From Polyangiaceae bacterium (GTDB taxonomy: Bacteria; Myxococcota_A; Polyangia; Polyangiales; Polyangiaceae), in the NCBI GenBank assembly GCA_050287085.1, contig JBNKBE010000011.1, positions 138,240 through 202,239 on the forward strand: DNA of 64,000 nt, read 5' to 3'. The position numbers and the translations under genes were made by a program. This document shows positions 1-9,949 of this stretch, one piece after another (the stretch's first letter is position 1; each line of letters opens with the position of its first letter). The notes beneath the pieces are model-generated. The model saw only the letters and a list, made by a program, of their open reading frames with translations. It was not told the origin of the DNA and ran no database searches.

Positions 1-326
1 TCGGGTACGTGCAAGAAATTCCGGTCGCAGACGATGAAGAGGTGCTGGTCGCCGAACTGGCCGCCCCCCCGAGCCCAGAGCTGATCGCCGCCATCGAAGC
101 GTGTCTTGCCCACCTCCCGCACGTAGACGGCTACGCCCTCGAACAAACCTTCAACAAAGAGCGCGATCTAGAGCCCCATCCGACTCTGACGCTACGCGTC
201 AAAGATCCCGAGGCGATAGACGCAAACAAGCTCAACGAGTTGCTGGCCGAGAAACTGGAAGGCAAGCTTCCGGACCCCGGATACATCGACGTTTTGTTTG
301 ACACAGCTGGCGCAAAGACCGATTAA
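1..326 (+). CDS. Partial (5'-truncated) hypothetical protein, possibly SseB C-terminal-like domain
   Basis: Frame open from the window edge, coding-like codon usage, stop overlaps next gene; SseB_C resemblance is only an impression. Confidence 0.45.
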   Translation, partial: GYVQEIPVADDEEVLVAELAAPPSPELIAAIEACLAHLPHVDGYALEQTFNKERDLEPHPTLTLRVKDPEAIDANKLNELLAEKLEGKLPDPGYIDVLFDTAGAKTD

Positions 327-1203
327 CGCTCCCCCGATGGCGCGTCCCGATCTTGTCAATGCGGCAAAGGCCCAGCTGAATCCGGTCGAATGGTGGCAGC
401 TACGAGCCGTCCGCCGAACGTTCATGCCTGGCCGGCTTGCAGACACCGTTCAATGGCTGCAGCGCAACGTCGGCTACCGCTGGATCCGCTTTGCGACCCG
501 CCAGCTGCATCGAGTTCATCATATCGAGCGAATGCCGCTCTACCAGCCCGATCAGAGCTTCATCATCGCATCCAACCACCGTAGCTTCTTCGATCTCTAC
601 ATCATCACACCTGCGATGATGTACTACGGAGTCAAGCAGCGCATGGTCTTTCCGGTGCGCGCCAACTTCTTCTATGATCACCCGCTGGGCTTGGCGGTTA
701 ATGGCGCCATGAGCTTTTTCGCCATGTACCCGCCGTTCTTTCGTGACCGCAAGCGGACCGCGATCAACATGATGGGCGTCGACGAGCTCATCTGGCTGCT
801 GCAGCAAGGAGGCCACTTCGTCGGCTTTCATCCGGAAGGGACTCGCAACATGGGAGATCCCTACGAGCTGCTCCCCGCAAAGGCGGGCATCGGAAAGCTT
901 GCGCATACCTCCCGCGTGCCCGTCATTCCGGTCTTCACCAACGGGCTGTTGCCGTCGGATTTGGGCAAACAGCTCAAGGGCAACTTCAGCAAGAACGGCA
1001 TGCCCATTCACACTGTCTTTGGGGCGCCGATCGACTTCGGAGAATTGCTGGACGAACCCGCATCGCAATCGCTGTACAAGCGCATGGCCAACGTCGTGCG
1101 CGAGCGCATCATGGAGCTTGGCCAGGAAGAGAAGCAGATCCGGTCAGAGTACGAGTCGGGCGTTCGCAACTACGATACCGACGGGCACTCTCAAGGTCGC
1201 TAA
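298..1203 (+). CDS. Lysophospholipid/1-acyl-sn-glycerol-3-phosphate acyltransferase (PlsC family)
   Basis: NHRSFFD (HxxxxD) catalytic motif, FHPEGTR motif, VPVIPV block. Confidence 0.9.
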   Translation: MTQLAQRPINAPPMARPDLVNAAKAQLNPVEWWQLRAVRRTFMPGRLADTVQWLQRNVGYRWIRFATRQLHRVHHIERMPLYQPDQSFIIASNHRSFFDLYIITPAMMYYGVKQRMVFPVRANFFYDHPLGLAVNGAMSFFAMYPPFFRDRKRTAINMMGVDELIWLLQQGGHFVGFHPEGTRNMGDPYELLPAKAGIGKLAHTSRVPVIPVFTNGLLPSDLGKQLKGNFSKNGMPIHTVFGAPIDFGELLDEPASQSLYKRMANVVRERIMELGQEEKQIRSEYESGVRNYDTDGHSQGR

Positions 1204-1235
1204 CGCTGGCCGTCCAGGGTCGCTGGCGTTCGGGG

Positions 1236-2402
1236 TCAGCGCCTCGCCCGCGGTAGGGCGACCACGTCGCCAGTCCGGAGCGGTCTCAATTCGCCGACGC
1301 GTTGCTCAATATGGCCGACGCGACCTCCCAAGGTCTCGAGGTAGGCGGGTCGACAGTCGGCGCAATCTAGAGGCAAGAGTGCGGCGCGAGTGACTATCAG
1401 CCCGCCGTCCCAACGCGCGTCCACGGACTCGACGCGATAGGAGGTGGGCGCCGCTCCCGGGGGAAGTAGCGCAACCAAGCCAATGCCGGAGACAAGAACG
1501 ACTCCGGCGCCTGCGTGCACGCGGCGGCGCGCAAGGTAGAGCGCGCCAGCCAACGTGACGCCGAGCAGGGCCAGGCCACGATCCGAGCCACGCCTTCCGG
1601 CAACGCTGGCGCTACCGCATCCGACCTCCTGAGTGTGCACGGTATCGTCCTGAGGCAACGGACGCGCGTACAAAGTGGATACCGTGATGGCGTCGCTCTG
1701 CTCCAGATCGCGTTTCGACGTCTCACCCGGCTCAGAGTAGGCATACATGGTGGCCCCCTCGTGGTCGTAGTCCTCACCCAGGCCCAAGAAGTGACCCATC
1801 TCATGCGTCAGCACATTCTGCAGGTCGTAGGCCTTGGCTGCTCCGGGCTCGGCTCCATTCAAGCACGCAAAATGGTGCTCCCCGTTGAGCAGTATGTCCG
1901 CATCGAGAATGGCACCTCGGTCGAGATCGAAGGTGATTACAGTGATAGCCAAGGCGCCGTTCGCACGCTCGGAACCGTTGCGCGCGTACATAACGGTATT
2001 CGTGTTCTTCCCAACTCGGGAATACCCAAGTTCCTGAGTTTCGCCACGAGCTACGGTCACCGTCGGCAGGCCGGTGCCGACGGTTTGCCAAGCGCTAACA
2101 GCCCCTATCAGTGCTTCGTACCCATCATGGGTGAGCTGGTCGACAGACACGTCGACCACCATCTGCACCTCGTCGCCTATCCATCGCGCACCCTGCGCGC
2201 CGCTACCGCGGCCGCTGTCAGCAGCAGAGGCAGAAGCGGACGTGGCAAACAGCCACGTCGCAATCGCTAACAACAAGCGAGGAGGGCGACCCATGTATCC
2301 GGGAACGGAAGCACGGCGACCAGCTTTAGCATTCGCGAACGGTCGCGCGCTCTGCGAGCCAAAGCAGGTCGCCGTCGGCCCCTCGCGCGTTCTCGAATCC
2401 AC
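1236..2402 (-). CDS. Matrixin (M10-like) zinc metalloprotease with GC-containing tail/TM segment and an extra C-terminal beta domain
   Basis: ILDADILLN, YDLQNVLTHEMGHFLGL, Met-turn ATMY; signal-like segment; true start probably near 2294. Confidence 0.85.
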   Translation of the reverse strand: MDSRTREGPTATCFGSQSARPFANAKAGRRASVPGYMGRPPRLLLAIATWLFATSASASAADSGRGSGAQGARWIGDEVQMVVDVSVDQLTHDGYEALIGAVSAWQTVGTGLPTVTVARGETQELGYSRVGKNTNTVMYARNGSERANGALAITVITFDLDRGAILDADILLNGEHHFACLNGAEPGAAKAYDLQNVLTHEMGHFLGLGEDYDHEGATMYAYSEPGETSKRDLEQSDAITVSTLYARPLPQDDTVHTQEVGCGSASVAGRRGSDRGLALLGVTLAGALYLARRRVHAGAGVVLVSGIGLVALLPPGAAPTSYRVESVDARWDGGLIVTRAALLPLDCADCRPAYLETLGGRVGHIEQRVGELRPLRTGDVVALPRARR

Positions 2403-2534
2403 GGAACGCGCCGAGAGCAGCTATTCTTGCTTAAGAACCCTCGCCAGAGGACGTATGCCTCAGCCGATTGGCGAGCTCAGTGAAACCACGGCGGGCTTTG
2501 CTGCGCGTCGTAGCCGCGGTATGACCGGCTTGCC

Positions 2535-3077
2535 ATGATCAGTGCCGAGCCGTTTGCCCACATCGAGCTACTCACTCCGCAAGCCAAACCAACGCCGTTC
2601 GGTTCACTCTGGGCCGATGGCCCCGTGGTGGTTACGTTCCTGAGACAGTTTGGGTGTATTTTCTGCCACCAGGCTGCGGCGGAAGTCCTCGACCACCGTT
2701 CCGAAATCGAGCGCCACGCACGCATCGCTTTCATTGGAAACGGTAATCCGTCGCACGCCGCCGCGTTCGCGAATCGCTTGGGTCTGGAGGGCTGCGTCTA
2801 TACGGACCCGGCTCGGCTATTGTACAACGCACTGCGCCTGAACTTTGGCGTATTCAAGACCGTCAACGTCGCGAGCCGCCGGCTCTATCGACAAGCTCAA
2901 GCGCAAGGTTTCCGACAAATCGGGACGTGGGGAGATCGCTGGCAGCTAGGTGGAACCTTCGTCATCAATGCCGGGGGCCTACTGGTCTTCACGCATCGCT
3001 CGGAACACGCTGGCGAGCATGCGTCGCTACGCGATTTGCTGCTCACATTGCCAGACGTCACCTCACAACCCCACTGA
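2535..3077 (+). CDS. Peroxiredoxin-like protein (AhpC/TSA-2, FAM213 type)
   Basis: FLRQFGCIFC motif, YTDP..LY..L, QLGGTFVI. Confidence 0.85.
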   Translation: MISAEPFAHIELLTPQAKPTPFGSLWADGPVVVTFLRQFGCIFCHQAAAEVLDHRSEIERHARIAFIGNGNPSHAAAFANRLGLEGCVYTDPARLLYNALRLNFGVFKTVNVASRRLYRQAQAQGFRQIGTWGDRWQLGGTFVINAGGLLVFTHRSEHAGEHASLRDLLLTLPDVTSQPH

Positions 3078-3141
3078 GAGCTTGCCCTCCGCCCAGCGCC
3101 CAAGCCCACGTTGGGATTGCGCGTGCGCCAAACGGGCCCCG

Positions 3142-4944
3142 CTACAACCAAGGATTGATGGCAAAGGGCGCAGTTCGGCTGCGGGCTAGGGTGGCGGCCC
3201 GCACGAGGGCCGCCGCAACAAGCACCAACGCGGCGGCCCCCAACGCGTGGCTCGCGCTCTCCCGCAGCCATTCAGGCCATACGCCGGCCCCCCACGCCGG
3301 CGCCCCGATCGCCGCAAGCAACGCCCAGGGCAGGACCCATTTGACCTGACCTCGATGCAGATACTGCCCCGGCACCGGAAGCTGATGGCCCAGGAGCAGT
3401 GCCCCGATGAACAAACACGTGCTGAGGAACTGATGGAGCAGCGCGCCAGAAAGGTGCATGACCCCTCCGGTCCCCAAGAACGCCGCCTCGAAGCAGTGAC
3501 ATAGGAGCGCTAGATGCACCATGTCGAGCTGGCGCTCTGAATATCCACGCAGAACGGAGCCGCGCACCCGATAGGCCGCCGACGACAAGGCGGTCGAGCC
3601 GATCATGAGCAGCCACACCCCCCCCGCAACGATGGTGGACGGCGAATGAAGCAGGACCCACGAACTCGTGTCCAATCCCCTCCCCCCGAAAACGACAAGG
3701 TGTCCGGTGTCCAACACCACGGCCAGCAGACAGGATAAGAGAGCGATCTGCGAGAGCGCCGCCCACAACACGCGACGCAAACCGTCAAACAACGACCAAC
3801 GTCCTGCACGCTCGCCTTCCAGCCAGCGAGCCAGCAGAGCGCTGCATAGCAGCGCGCCAAGCAGAACCACGAGATCGTAGTCCGCTGGCCATGGCACCGC
3901 CCGAAAACGCATCAAGGCAACGAGGGCACTGACTGCCAAGAACGCCCCAAGTCCAAATGCAACGCTGCCGTTTGCACTCGTCGCCGCCTGATGTTTGCCT
4001 CGCAACAACCCCGAACGCAGTGCGCTGACGACGCGCACGCGAGTCACCACCAAAACAAGCGCGCGCAGCCCGCCCAGCCGCGCCCCCATCAGCGCAAGGC
4101 AGAAGGGGAGCACCAACATCAGCGCACGCCCCCAGCGGCGCGCTTCTTCCGGAAGGTAGCCGGCGACGTCTATCGTCACCTCGGCGGCTCCTTGCACTCC
4201 TGCACGCTCCACCAACCAATGTGCCACTCTCTGCCCCGGAGCGGGGGCTAGATCCGAAGGCGCCAGGGCCGCCAACGCATCGGCCCGAAGCACGACGTCT
4301 CCGTTCCGCACGCCAGCCGCCGCAAGGCGGCCCTCGGTCCCAAGCGTCACCACCCGAAGCCCCAGCGCTTCGGAAACCGGGGCGAACTCACCTCCGAGGA
4401 ACGCAGCCAACCTCGGCTCAGCGTCCATCGCGCTCAGCTCCGTTGGGGCGGGGAGAAAGTCGAGCTGAACGTGAGCACTTCCTACGACCGGCGCCGCTCC
4501 AGCCACCTCGGGCGGAAAGGCTACCTGCACATTGCCCGTGAAGACGCAGTGTTTCGAACCATGCTCGACTCCAAGGGCCAAGCGCTGCGAAGCCGGCTCT
4601 AGCTCAAATGCAATCGCGTCGGCCGATTCGCTATGCCCACTACCGCTCAAGACAACGGGTTGCTTTGCCTCGCCCGCGCAACGCCGCTCACCTCTGAGCC
4701 GAACCCGCGCGTCGCGCCCCTCCGGAAATCCGCCGCCGCGGACGCGGAGCGGTTCGCTCGGTTCGACCACCGGCGGGACGATGTCGTGGACGGCGACTAG
4801 CTCCGGAACTTCGGCCTCGCAGGCGACCAATAACACGCCGACCAATACGCAAAACACCCGCGCCGTCCCGGGCAAGCTCAATGCTGCGAGTAGGCGCGCC
4901 CGCACTGCGCATCGGTTTAGTTGAGGGGAGCGGCCATCATGCAT
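3142..4944 (-). CDS. Hypothetical membrane protein: lipoprotein-like N-terminus, PDZ-like segment, multi-TM C-terminus
   Basis: 600-aa ORF; LLVAC lipobox-like; AAAGVRNGDVVL PDZ-like; many hydrophobic helices. Confidence 0.6.
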   Translation of the reverse strand: MHDGRSPQLNRCAVRARLLAALSLPGTARVFCVLVGVLLVACEAEVPELVAVHDIVPPVVEPSEPLRVRGGGFPEGRDARVRLRGERRCAGEAKQPVVLSGSGHSESADAIAFELEPASQRLALGVEHGSKHCVFTGNVQVAFPPEVAGAAPVVGSAHVQLDFLPAPTELSAMDAEPRLAAFLGGEFAPVSEALGLRVVTLGTEGRLAAAGVRNGDVVLRADALAALAPSDLAPAPGQRVAHWLVERAGVQGAAEVTIDVAGYLPEEARRWGRALMLVLPFCLALMGARLGGLRALVLVVTRVRVVSALRSGLLRGKHQAATSANGSVAFGLGAFLAVSALVALMRFRAVPWPADYDLVVLLGALLCSALLARWLEGERAGRWSLFDGLRRVLWAALSQIALLSCLLAVVLDTGHLVVFGGRGLDTSSWVLLHSPSTIVAGGVWLLMIGSTALSSAAYRVRGSVLRGYSERQLDMVHLALLCHCFEAAFLGTGGVMHLSGALLHQFLSTCLFIGALLLGHQLPVPGQYLHRGQVKWVLPWALLAAIGAPAWGAGVWPEWLRESASHALGAAALVLVAAALVRAATLARSRTAPFAINPWL

Positions 4945-4972
4945 TGTTGGTTACGCGCTATAGGCGATTACG

Positions 4973-4988
4973 AACTCGCGGGCGAGTT
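4973..4988. promoter_or_regulatory. Inverted repeat in divergent intergenic region, candidate operator
   Basis: AACTCGC-gg-GCGAGTT between divergent genes, upstream of a DNA-binding protein gene. Confidence 0.35.
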
Positions 4989-5062
4989 AACGGAGAGCGC
5001 AGGAGCAAGCTGCACTAGTTGCCTTTCACCGCCAGATCCGCCTATCTGTGCGGCATCCCATC

Positions 5063-5563
5063 ATGTCCACCTCCGCGCCGCCGACTCCCCCTGAAAGGCA
5101 CGTCATCAAGCGATACTCCAATCGCAAGCTGTACGACATGAAGAGCAGCCAGTATGTCACGCTCCAGCAAGTGGCCGAATTGGTCCGTGCGGGAGTCGAC
5201 ATCCAGGTCGTCGACAACGCCACCAAAGACGACAAGACTGAAGTCACCCTGGCGCTCATCATTTCTGAGGAGCTCAAGACCCGACCACGGGGGATCCCGC
5301 TGACCATGCTGAAGGAGCTCATCCGCAATCGAGGGGAACGTCTGCTCAGTACTCTGCGCGATGGTCCTATCGCCAAGTTGATTCCAAAAGACGGGGCGGA
5401 GCCTGAGCCGCGCGTTGAAGCCGCTTCTGCCCAGGAGGAGCTCAAGGGCATTCGCCAGGATCTCAACCGTCTGAACGACCGGCTGCGAGCGCTCGAATCG
5501 CGACTGGACGCATCTAGGGAATACTCCGAGCAACCCCCTGTTAGCCCTGCAGACGAATTATGA
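5063..5563 (+). CDS. PhaR-family (PHB/PHA accumulation regulator) DNA-binding domain protein
   Basis: VIKRYSNRKLYD..SQYVTL..V..G.DIQVVDN.TKDD.T signature; C-terminal coiled coil. Confidence 0.85.
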   Translation: MSTSAPPTPPERHVIKRYSNRKLYDMKSSQYVTLQQVAELVRAGVDIQVVDNATKDDKTEVTLALIISEELKTRPRGIPLTMLKELIRNRGERLLSTLRDGPIAKLIPKDGAEPEPRVEAASAQEELKGIRQDLNRLNDRLRALESRLDASREYSEQPPVSPADEL

Positions 5564-6216
5564 TGAGTGCCGAGCAGCAAGCCCGTTTCGAAAGCGAAGC
5601 ACTGGAGCAAGTCGAAGCCTTGATGGGGCTAGCCCGGCGACTGACGCGCAACGATGCTGAGGCGGAGGATCTCGTACAGGACACCTTCCTGAAAGCCCTA
5701 CGGGCCCAGGGCCAGTTCCAGCCGGGCACCAATCTGCGCGCGTGGCTGATGCGCATCCTACGGAACGCATTCATCAATCGCTACCACCGAGGTGCGCTCG
5801 AGAAGAGCGTACTCGGCGCTGCAGTGCCCGATCCCGTAGCCGACGGTTGGCTCAGTTCCGCGACAATGCAGGCCATGCGCAATCCCGAAGCCGCAACGCT
5901 TCGTCCCGAACTGGAACGCAGTCTCAGCACCGCGGTAGACGCCCTACCTCCAGAATTCCGAGAAGTCATCCTACTGGCAGACGTGGAAGAGTTTTCCTAC
6001 AAGGAAATCGCCGAGATGACAGGGTGTCCAATCGGAACGGTCATGTCTCGACTGCATCGCGCCAGGAAGCTGCTCAAGGCGAGCTTGATCGAACACGCGC
6101 GCGACCAAGGAATCGTCAAGGCGGAGACCGATATTGGCGCGGCCGAACCCATTGATCTCAACCGCTTCCGAAAGGCGGCCACGGAAGCCCAATCGAAACG
6201 AGAGCGAGGCAAGTGA
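5560..6216 (+). CDS. ECF sigma-70 factor (SigR/SigH-like)
   Basis: AEDLVQDTFLKA, FQPGTNLRAWL, FSYKEIAE..GCPIGTVMSRLHRAR. Confidence 0.95.
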   Translation: MMSAEQQARFESEALEQVEALMGLARRLTRNDAEAEDLVQDTFLKALRAQGQFQPGTNLRAWLMRILRNAFINRYHRGALEKSVLGAAVPDPVADGWLSSATMQAMRNPEAATLRPELERSLSTAVDALPPEFREVILLADVEEFSYKEIAEMTGCPIGTVMSRLHRARKLLKASLIEHARDQGIVKAETDIGAAEPIDLNRFRKAATEAQSKRERGK

Positions 6217-7193
6217 TGGATTGCACCAAAGTGCAAGCTCGGCTTGAAACGTTCTTAGACGGAGAACTTCAGCCCGAGAGCACCCTAGAAGTAGAAGCCC
6301 ATTTAGACTGCTGTCCGCGCTGCGCTGAAAGCATCAAGTTCTCTCAGGCATTGCGCAACAGTCTGTGTCACGTCGTCAAGCGTGAATGCATCGTCAGCGA
6401 CGAGTTCAAGCGCCGTCTCAGAACGGCCCTAGCCGCGGAACGCTGCCGTTCACCCGTGACTGAGCGAGCGGCAGAGGCCGAGCCCGTTCAAACGCAGAGT
6501 CCGCGCGGCGACCTTGCGCGGCGGCGTGCGGAGGTTGAGCAGCGACAACATGAGGGCTTTCCCTGGCGCCCATTGTGGACGCTGGTGGCTGCCGCTGCAG
6601 GATGGGTGCTATTTCTCAAGTGGGTCCCAGCCGAAGAGCGCATGGTCATGCCACCACTGGGGCATTCGAAAACCGCTGTCCCCGACAACAGCACCCACAC
6701 GGCTGGCTTCGCTGGCGCAAGAACCAACGTGGTCGACGACGCCTTGGACAAGCTCATCGACTATCATTCCTCCCCCCCCGCTCCGCAAGTCGTAGAGGAG
6801 GAACTTGTTCGTGATTTTGAAGCCGACGTCGGGGTTCGGGTTCACGCGCCAAGCTTGCAGCAATTTGGCGCGTTGTGGGAAGGAGCTAGCCTCGTTCCGG
6901 TGACTGATCACGCTGCGGCATACCTACGCTATCGGATGCCGCGAAGACATGTGACGCTGTACGTCTATGATCCGCGCAAGGTGCCACTGCGACGTAGCCA
7001 TGCTTGGCGAGCCGTGCACACGGGCGACGAGGTCGCCAAGTCCTCCAGTGAAGAAGGCCACGCCAATACAGTCTATCTAGGACACTGGCGTGGCTACTCG
7101 GTTGCGGCCAAAGAAGCCGAAGGTATCGGCTACGCGCTTGCCGCAGATCTGGATGACGATGCTGTCAGTCGGTTGATTACTGAGATTCACTGA
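6213..7193 (+). CDS. Zinc-finger (zf-HC2/ZAS) transmembrane anti-sigma factor
   Basis: C...FLDGEL...HLDCCPRC motif, one TM segment, 4-nt overlap with sigma gene. Confidence 0.85.
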   Translation: MMDCTKVQARLETFLDGELQPESTLEVEAHLDCCPRCAESIKFSQALRNSLCHVVKRECIVSDEFKRRLRTALAAERCRSPVTERAAEAEPVQTQSPRGDLARRRAEVEQRQHEGFPWRPLWTLVAAAAGWVLFLKWVPAEERMVMPPLGHSKTAVPDNSTHTAGFAGARTNVVDDALDKLIDYHSSPPAPQVVEEELVRDFEADVGVRVHAPSLQQFGALWEGASLVPVTDHAAAYLRYRMPRRHVTLYVYDPRKVPLRRSHAWRAVHTGDEVAKSSSEEGHANTVYLGHWRGYSVAAKEAEGIGYALAADLDDDAVSRLITEIH

Positions 7194-8130
7194 TCCGTCG
7201 GGCCGAGTCGCTCGCGCTTCTTCCCAAGCGGCCCCCGACGCCCTCTGAGTCCTCCCGCCAACGACGCGACCTGAAGTAGCGCTCGCTGGCGTAGAAGGCG
7301 TCGTCCTCATTGGCGGCAAACCAGCCGGGGATGCCCAGCACGGGCAGCGGATGAAGCTCAATGTCTGCGCCCGCTATTCGCGCCCGCAACTCGGCGTCTT
7401 GCTGGGCTCTCGAGAGCTGACTCGGTGCCATTCGCGTGTGCACCAAAAGACAGTGGCCAACCAGACCAATGTAGGGATCCAGCAGCGACTCCAACAGGGC
7501 GTGCCCCAGGGCGAGCGGAACCAAGTCGCGATTCCAAGCTCGCCGCTGAGCGAGGAACAACTCCTGCCAGCGTAGCGCTCGCACCAATTCCAGAAGTTCC
7601 TGGGAACTAGAGAATACGACAACACCCCGCTCGTCGAGATGCGTCAATTGATTCTGCAGAGGCGTCCGACCTGTGCTTCCAGCGCCACGGTCGGGCGGCG
7701 CCGCCTGCGCTCGGTGGATCGCCCACTTGGTCATAGGCAGGGCGCACCAGATCAGTGCATTGTAGAGGTCGTGCCAGTTTCTAGTGCGTGTGGGAATCAC
7801 TCCCTGCGCGTCGATGAACGCGTCGTATCCACCCGCGCGACGCACCACCCCTTTATCCACCTCACCGAAGCGCAACGCCCTCCCTGCCACGTGTCGCAGA
7901 GGCTCCGCGTAGCGCTCGACCTCGCTCACAGAGGGGAAGTCAGCAAGGCGGCCCAGGGACACGCGCCACTCCTTTGGAATAACGGTCGTGGGCGCCCCTC
8001 GCTCTGGCACCCCCCCGAAGTCGGTGGGCGGTGAAAAGCGGCGGGGCCTAGCGCACACAGGGCAACTCCTATCGGACGAGCGCGAGACCGTGCTTTCGCG
8101 GGTCGGCGCCGGCCGAAACAGCACCGCCAT
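7177..8130 (-). CDS. DUF3025 family protein
   Basis: IPTR..NWHDLYNALIW...P.TK, LTHLDERG, GHALLE, PLPVLGIPGW, FY....YFR; start probably further downstream. Confidence 0.85.
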   Translation of the reverse strand: MAVLFRPAPTRESTVSRSSDRSCPVCARPRRFSPPTDFGGVPERGAPTTVIPKEWRVSLGRLADFPSVSEVERYAEPLRHVAGRALRFGEVDKGVVRRAGGYDAFIDAQGVIPTRTRNWHDLYNALIWCALPMTKWAIHRAQAAPPDRGAGSTGRTPLQNQLTHLDERGVVVFSSSQELLELVRALRWQELFLAQRRAWNRDLVPLALGHALLESLLDPYIGLVGHCLLVHTRMAPSQLSRAQQDAELRARIAGADIELHPLPVLGIPGWFAANEDDAFYASERYFRSRRWREDSEGVGGRLGRSASDSARRISESQ

Positions 8131-9895
8131 CCCAGCTCACAGCCTGCACAGCATGCATTCCAAAATCGGTATGGCCCACTGCTTCACCACGCAAGACAAG
8201 GTCTTTCACGAAGGCTTCGTCCCAGTCTGGCGGCGCACTGATGGTGTCCTTTCCCAATGGTATGAGAAAGCGAGGCAGTTGAACCAGCCCAGCGGCGGGC
8301 ACTCCAAACACCAAATGAGAAACTACCAGCTGCGAAACATTGGTGGCAATGGTCATACCGCCAGACCCTCCCGCCGCCAGAGTCACGCGCCCCTCCCTTA
8401 CGACAAGGGTCGGCGTCATGCTCGACAGGGGACGTGCACCGGGTCGTGCACGATTGGGCGACACGGCAACGCCTAGACCACTTACCCAACGCTGAGCGGT
8501 GAAGTCGTCCAATTCATCGTTCAGCAGAACGCCGGACTTGGGGGCGAGAAGCTTGGCGCCAAACGCGCGATTTACCGTGACCGTCATCGACGCCACGTTG
8601 CCCTCGGCGTCAGCCGTCACCAGATGATGAGTTCCCGACTCCGGACTCTCGAAATCCTCAATGCGGTGCGTCCGGAACCCCCCGATACGGGCTCTTCGTG
8701 CTCGCATTCTGTCAGGTGCGAGCAACGCTCGTAGGTCCACTTGCTCGAACGCCGGATCTCCGAACACAGTCATGCGGTCGTAGAGCGCAGCCCGAAAGGA
8801 TTCTGCCAATGCGTGAACGTAGGCTGGACTATTCAACCCCAGGGCGCGAAGCTCACGAGGCTCATAGAGAGCCAACGTGTGCGCCAGCATATACCCGCCG
8901 GCACTGGGGAGCGGCATCGTGTAGACCTCTTGACCCGCAAACTCGATGCGCAACGGTTCACGCACCACTGGCGCGTAGGAGCGCAGGTCCTCCAAGGTAA
9001 GAGCCCCACCCGCGGCTTGCACCGTCTCAACGATTTCAGCCGCGACCGGCCCCTCGTAGAAGGCCGATGGCCCCCGCTTGGCAATGCGCGAAAGCGTGGT
9101 CGCCAAACGCGGATTGTAGATGCGAGCGCCTTCCGACGGTACGCGGCCCCGCGACAACCAAAGCGCAGAAAGCCCCGGGTCTTGGGCAAGCGCCGGACGG
9201 GCCAGCTCGAGTACCCGAGCCATATGAGGACCGATCCTGAAACCTTCACGAGCAACGCGCGCAGCCCGCTCAACCACGTCCTCCCACGGCAACCTACCGA
9301 AGCGTGTGTGCAGCGCAAATAGCCCCTTGACCTCACCGGGCACGCCAACCCAACGCCCCCGCTCGCGGCTGTCAAAAGGACGACGCTCAAAGGCCTCTGC
9401 TTCGAGGCGCGCCGGGGCGCTTTCGCGAAAGTCGATAATGATGGCACGCTGCGCACTGGCATTCCAATAGTTGACGAAGCCACCCCCACCAATGCCCGAC
9501 GATGACGAGTTAACAATTCCCCCGACCAGCGCGGCCACGACCGCCGCATCCGCGGCGTTGCCCCCTTCCTCAAGCACCTTAAGGGCCTCGTGGGTGGCGC
9601 GCGGTGCCTCCGTGGCCACTGCACCTCGGGCCGCTGCCTTGCGGCCAGCCCCAATTGCGGTGGGTAGCCCCGCGGGCTCTTCATCACCTCGCCGCAGGGC
9701 CGTCGGCACCGGTGTTTCTTGCGCAATCTGGTCCGTCGAGTGCTGCGCGGCTGCGTTCGGAGCCAAGGTATGCCGGGGTGCTGCGCTGAGCAACACGAGC
9801 CCAAAGCCAAACACCAACAACACTGGAAACAACTTTCCGCCCGACTGGCGCTTACACCGTTCAGGCCTCATCCCAATCTCCAGCTTGCCCGTCAC
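8069..9895 (-). CDS. ggt: Gamma-glutamyltransferase
   Basis: GGNAADAA, SSGIGGGGF, IDFRESAP, GVPGEV, GTHH nucleophile, LNDELDDF, RPLSSMTP, GGSGG, DPRK. Confidence 0.93.
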   Translation of the reverse strand: MTGKLEIGMRPERCKRQSGGKLFPVLLVFGFGLVLLSAAPRHTLAPNAAAQHSTDQIAQETPVPTALRRGDEEPAGLPTAIGAGRKAAARGAVATEAPRATHEALKVLEEGGNAADAAVVAALVGGIVNSSSSGIGGGGFVNYWNASAQRAIIIDFRESAPARLEAEAFERRPFDSRERGRWVGVPGEVKGLFALHTRFGRLPWEDVVERAARVAREGFRIGPHMARVLELARPALAQDPGLSALWLSRGRVPSEGARIYNPRLATTLSRIAKRGPSAFYEGPVAAEIVETVQAAGGALTLEDLRSYAPVVREPLRIEFAGQEVYTMPLPSAGGYMLAHTLALYEPRELRALGLNSPAYVHALAESFRAALYDRMTVFGDPAFEQVDLRALLAPDRMRARRARIGGFRTHRIEDFESPESGTHHLVTADAEGNVASMTVTVNRAFGAKLLAPKSGVLLNDELDDFTAQRWVSGLGVAVSPNRARPGARPLSSMTPTLVVREGRVTLAAGGSGGMTIATNVSQLVVSHLVFGVPAAGLVQLPRFLIPLGKDTISAPPDWDEAFVKDLVLRGEAVGHTDFGMHAVQAVSWDGGAVSAGADPRKHGLALVR

Positions 9896-9949
9896 AAAGG
9901 TGTTATAAAGGTCTGCGCCGCGTTTTCATAGCGGGCACCAGAGTTTCCA

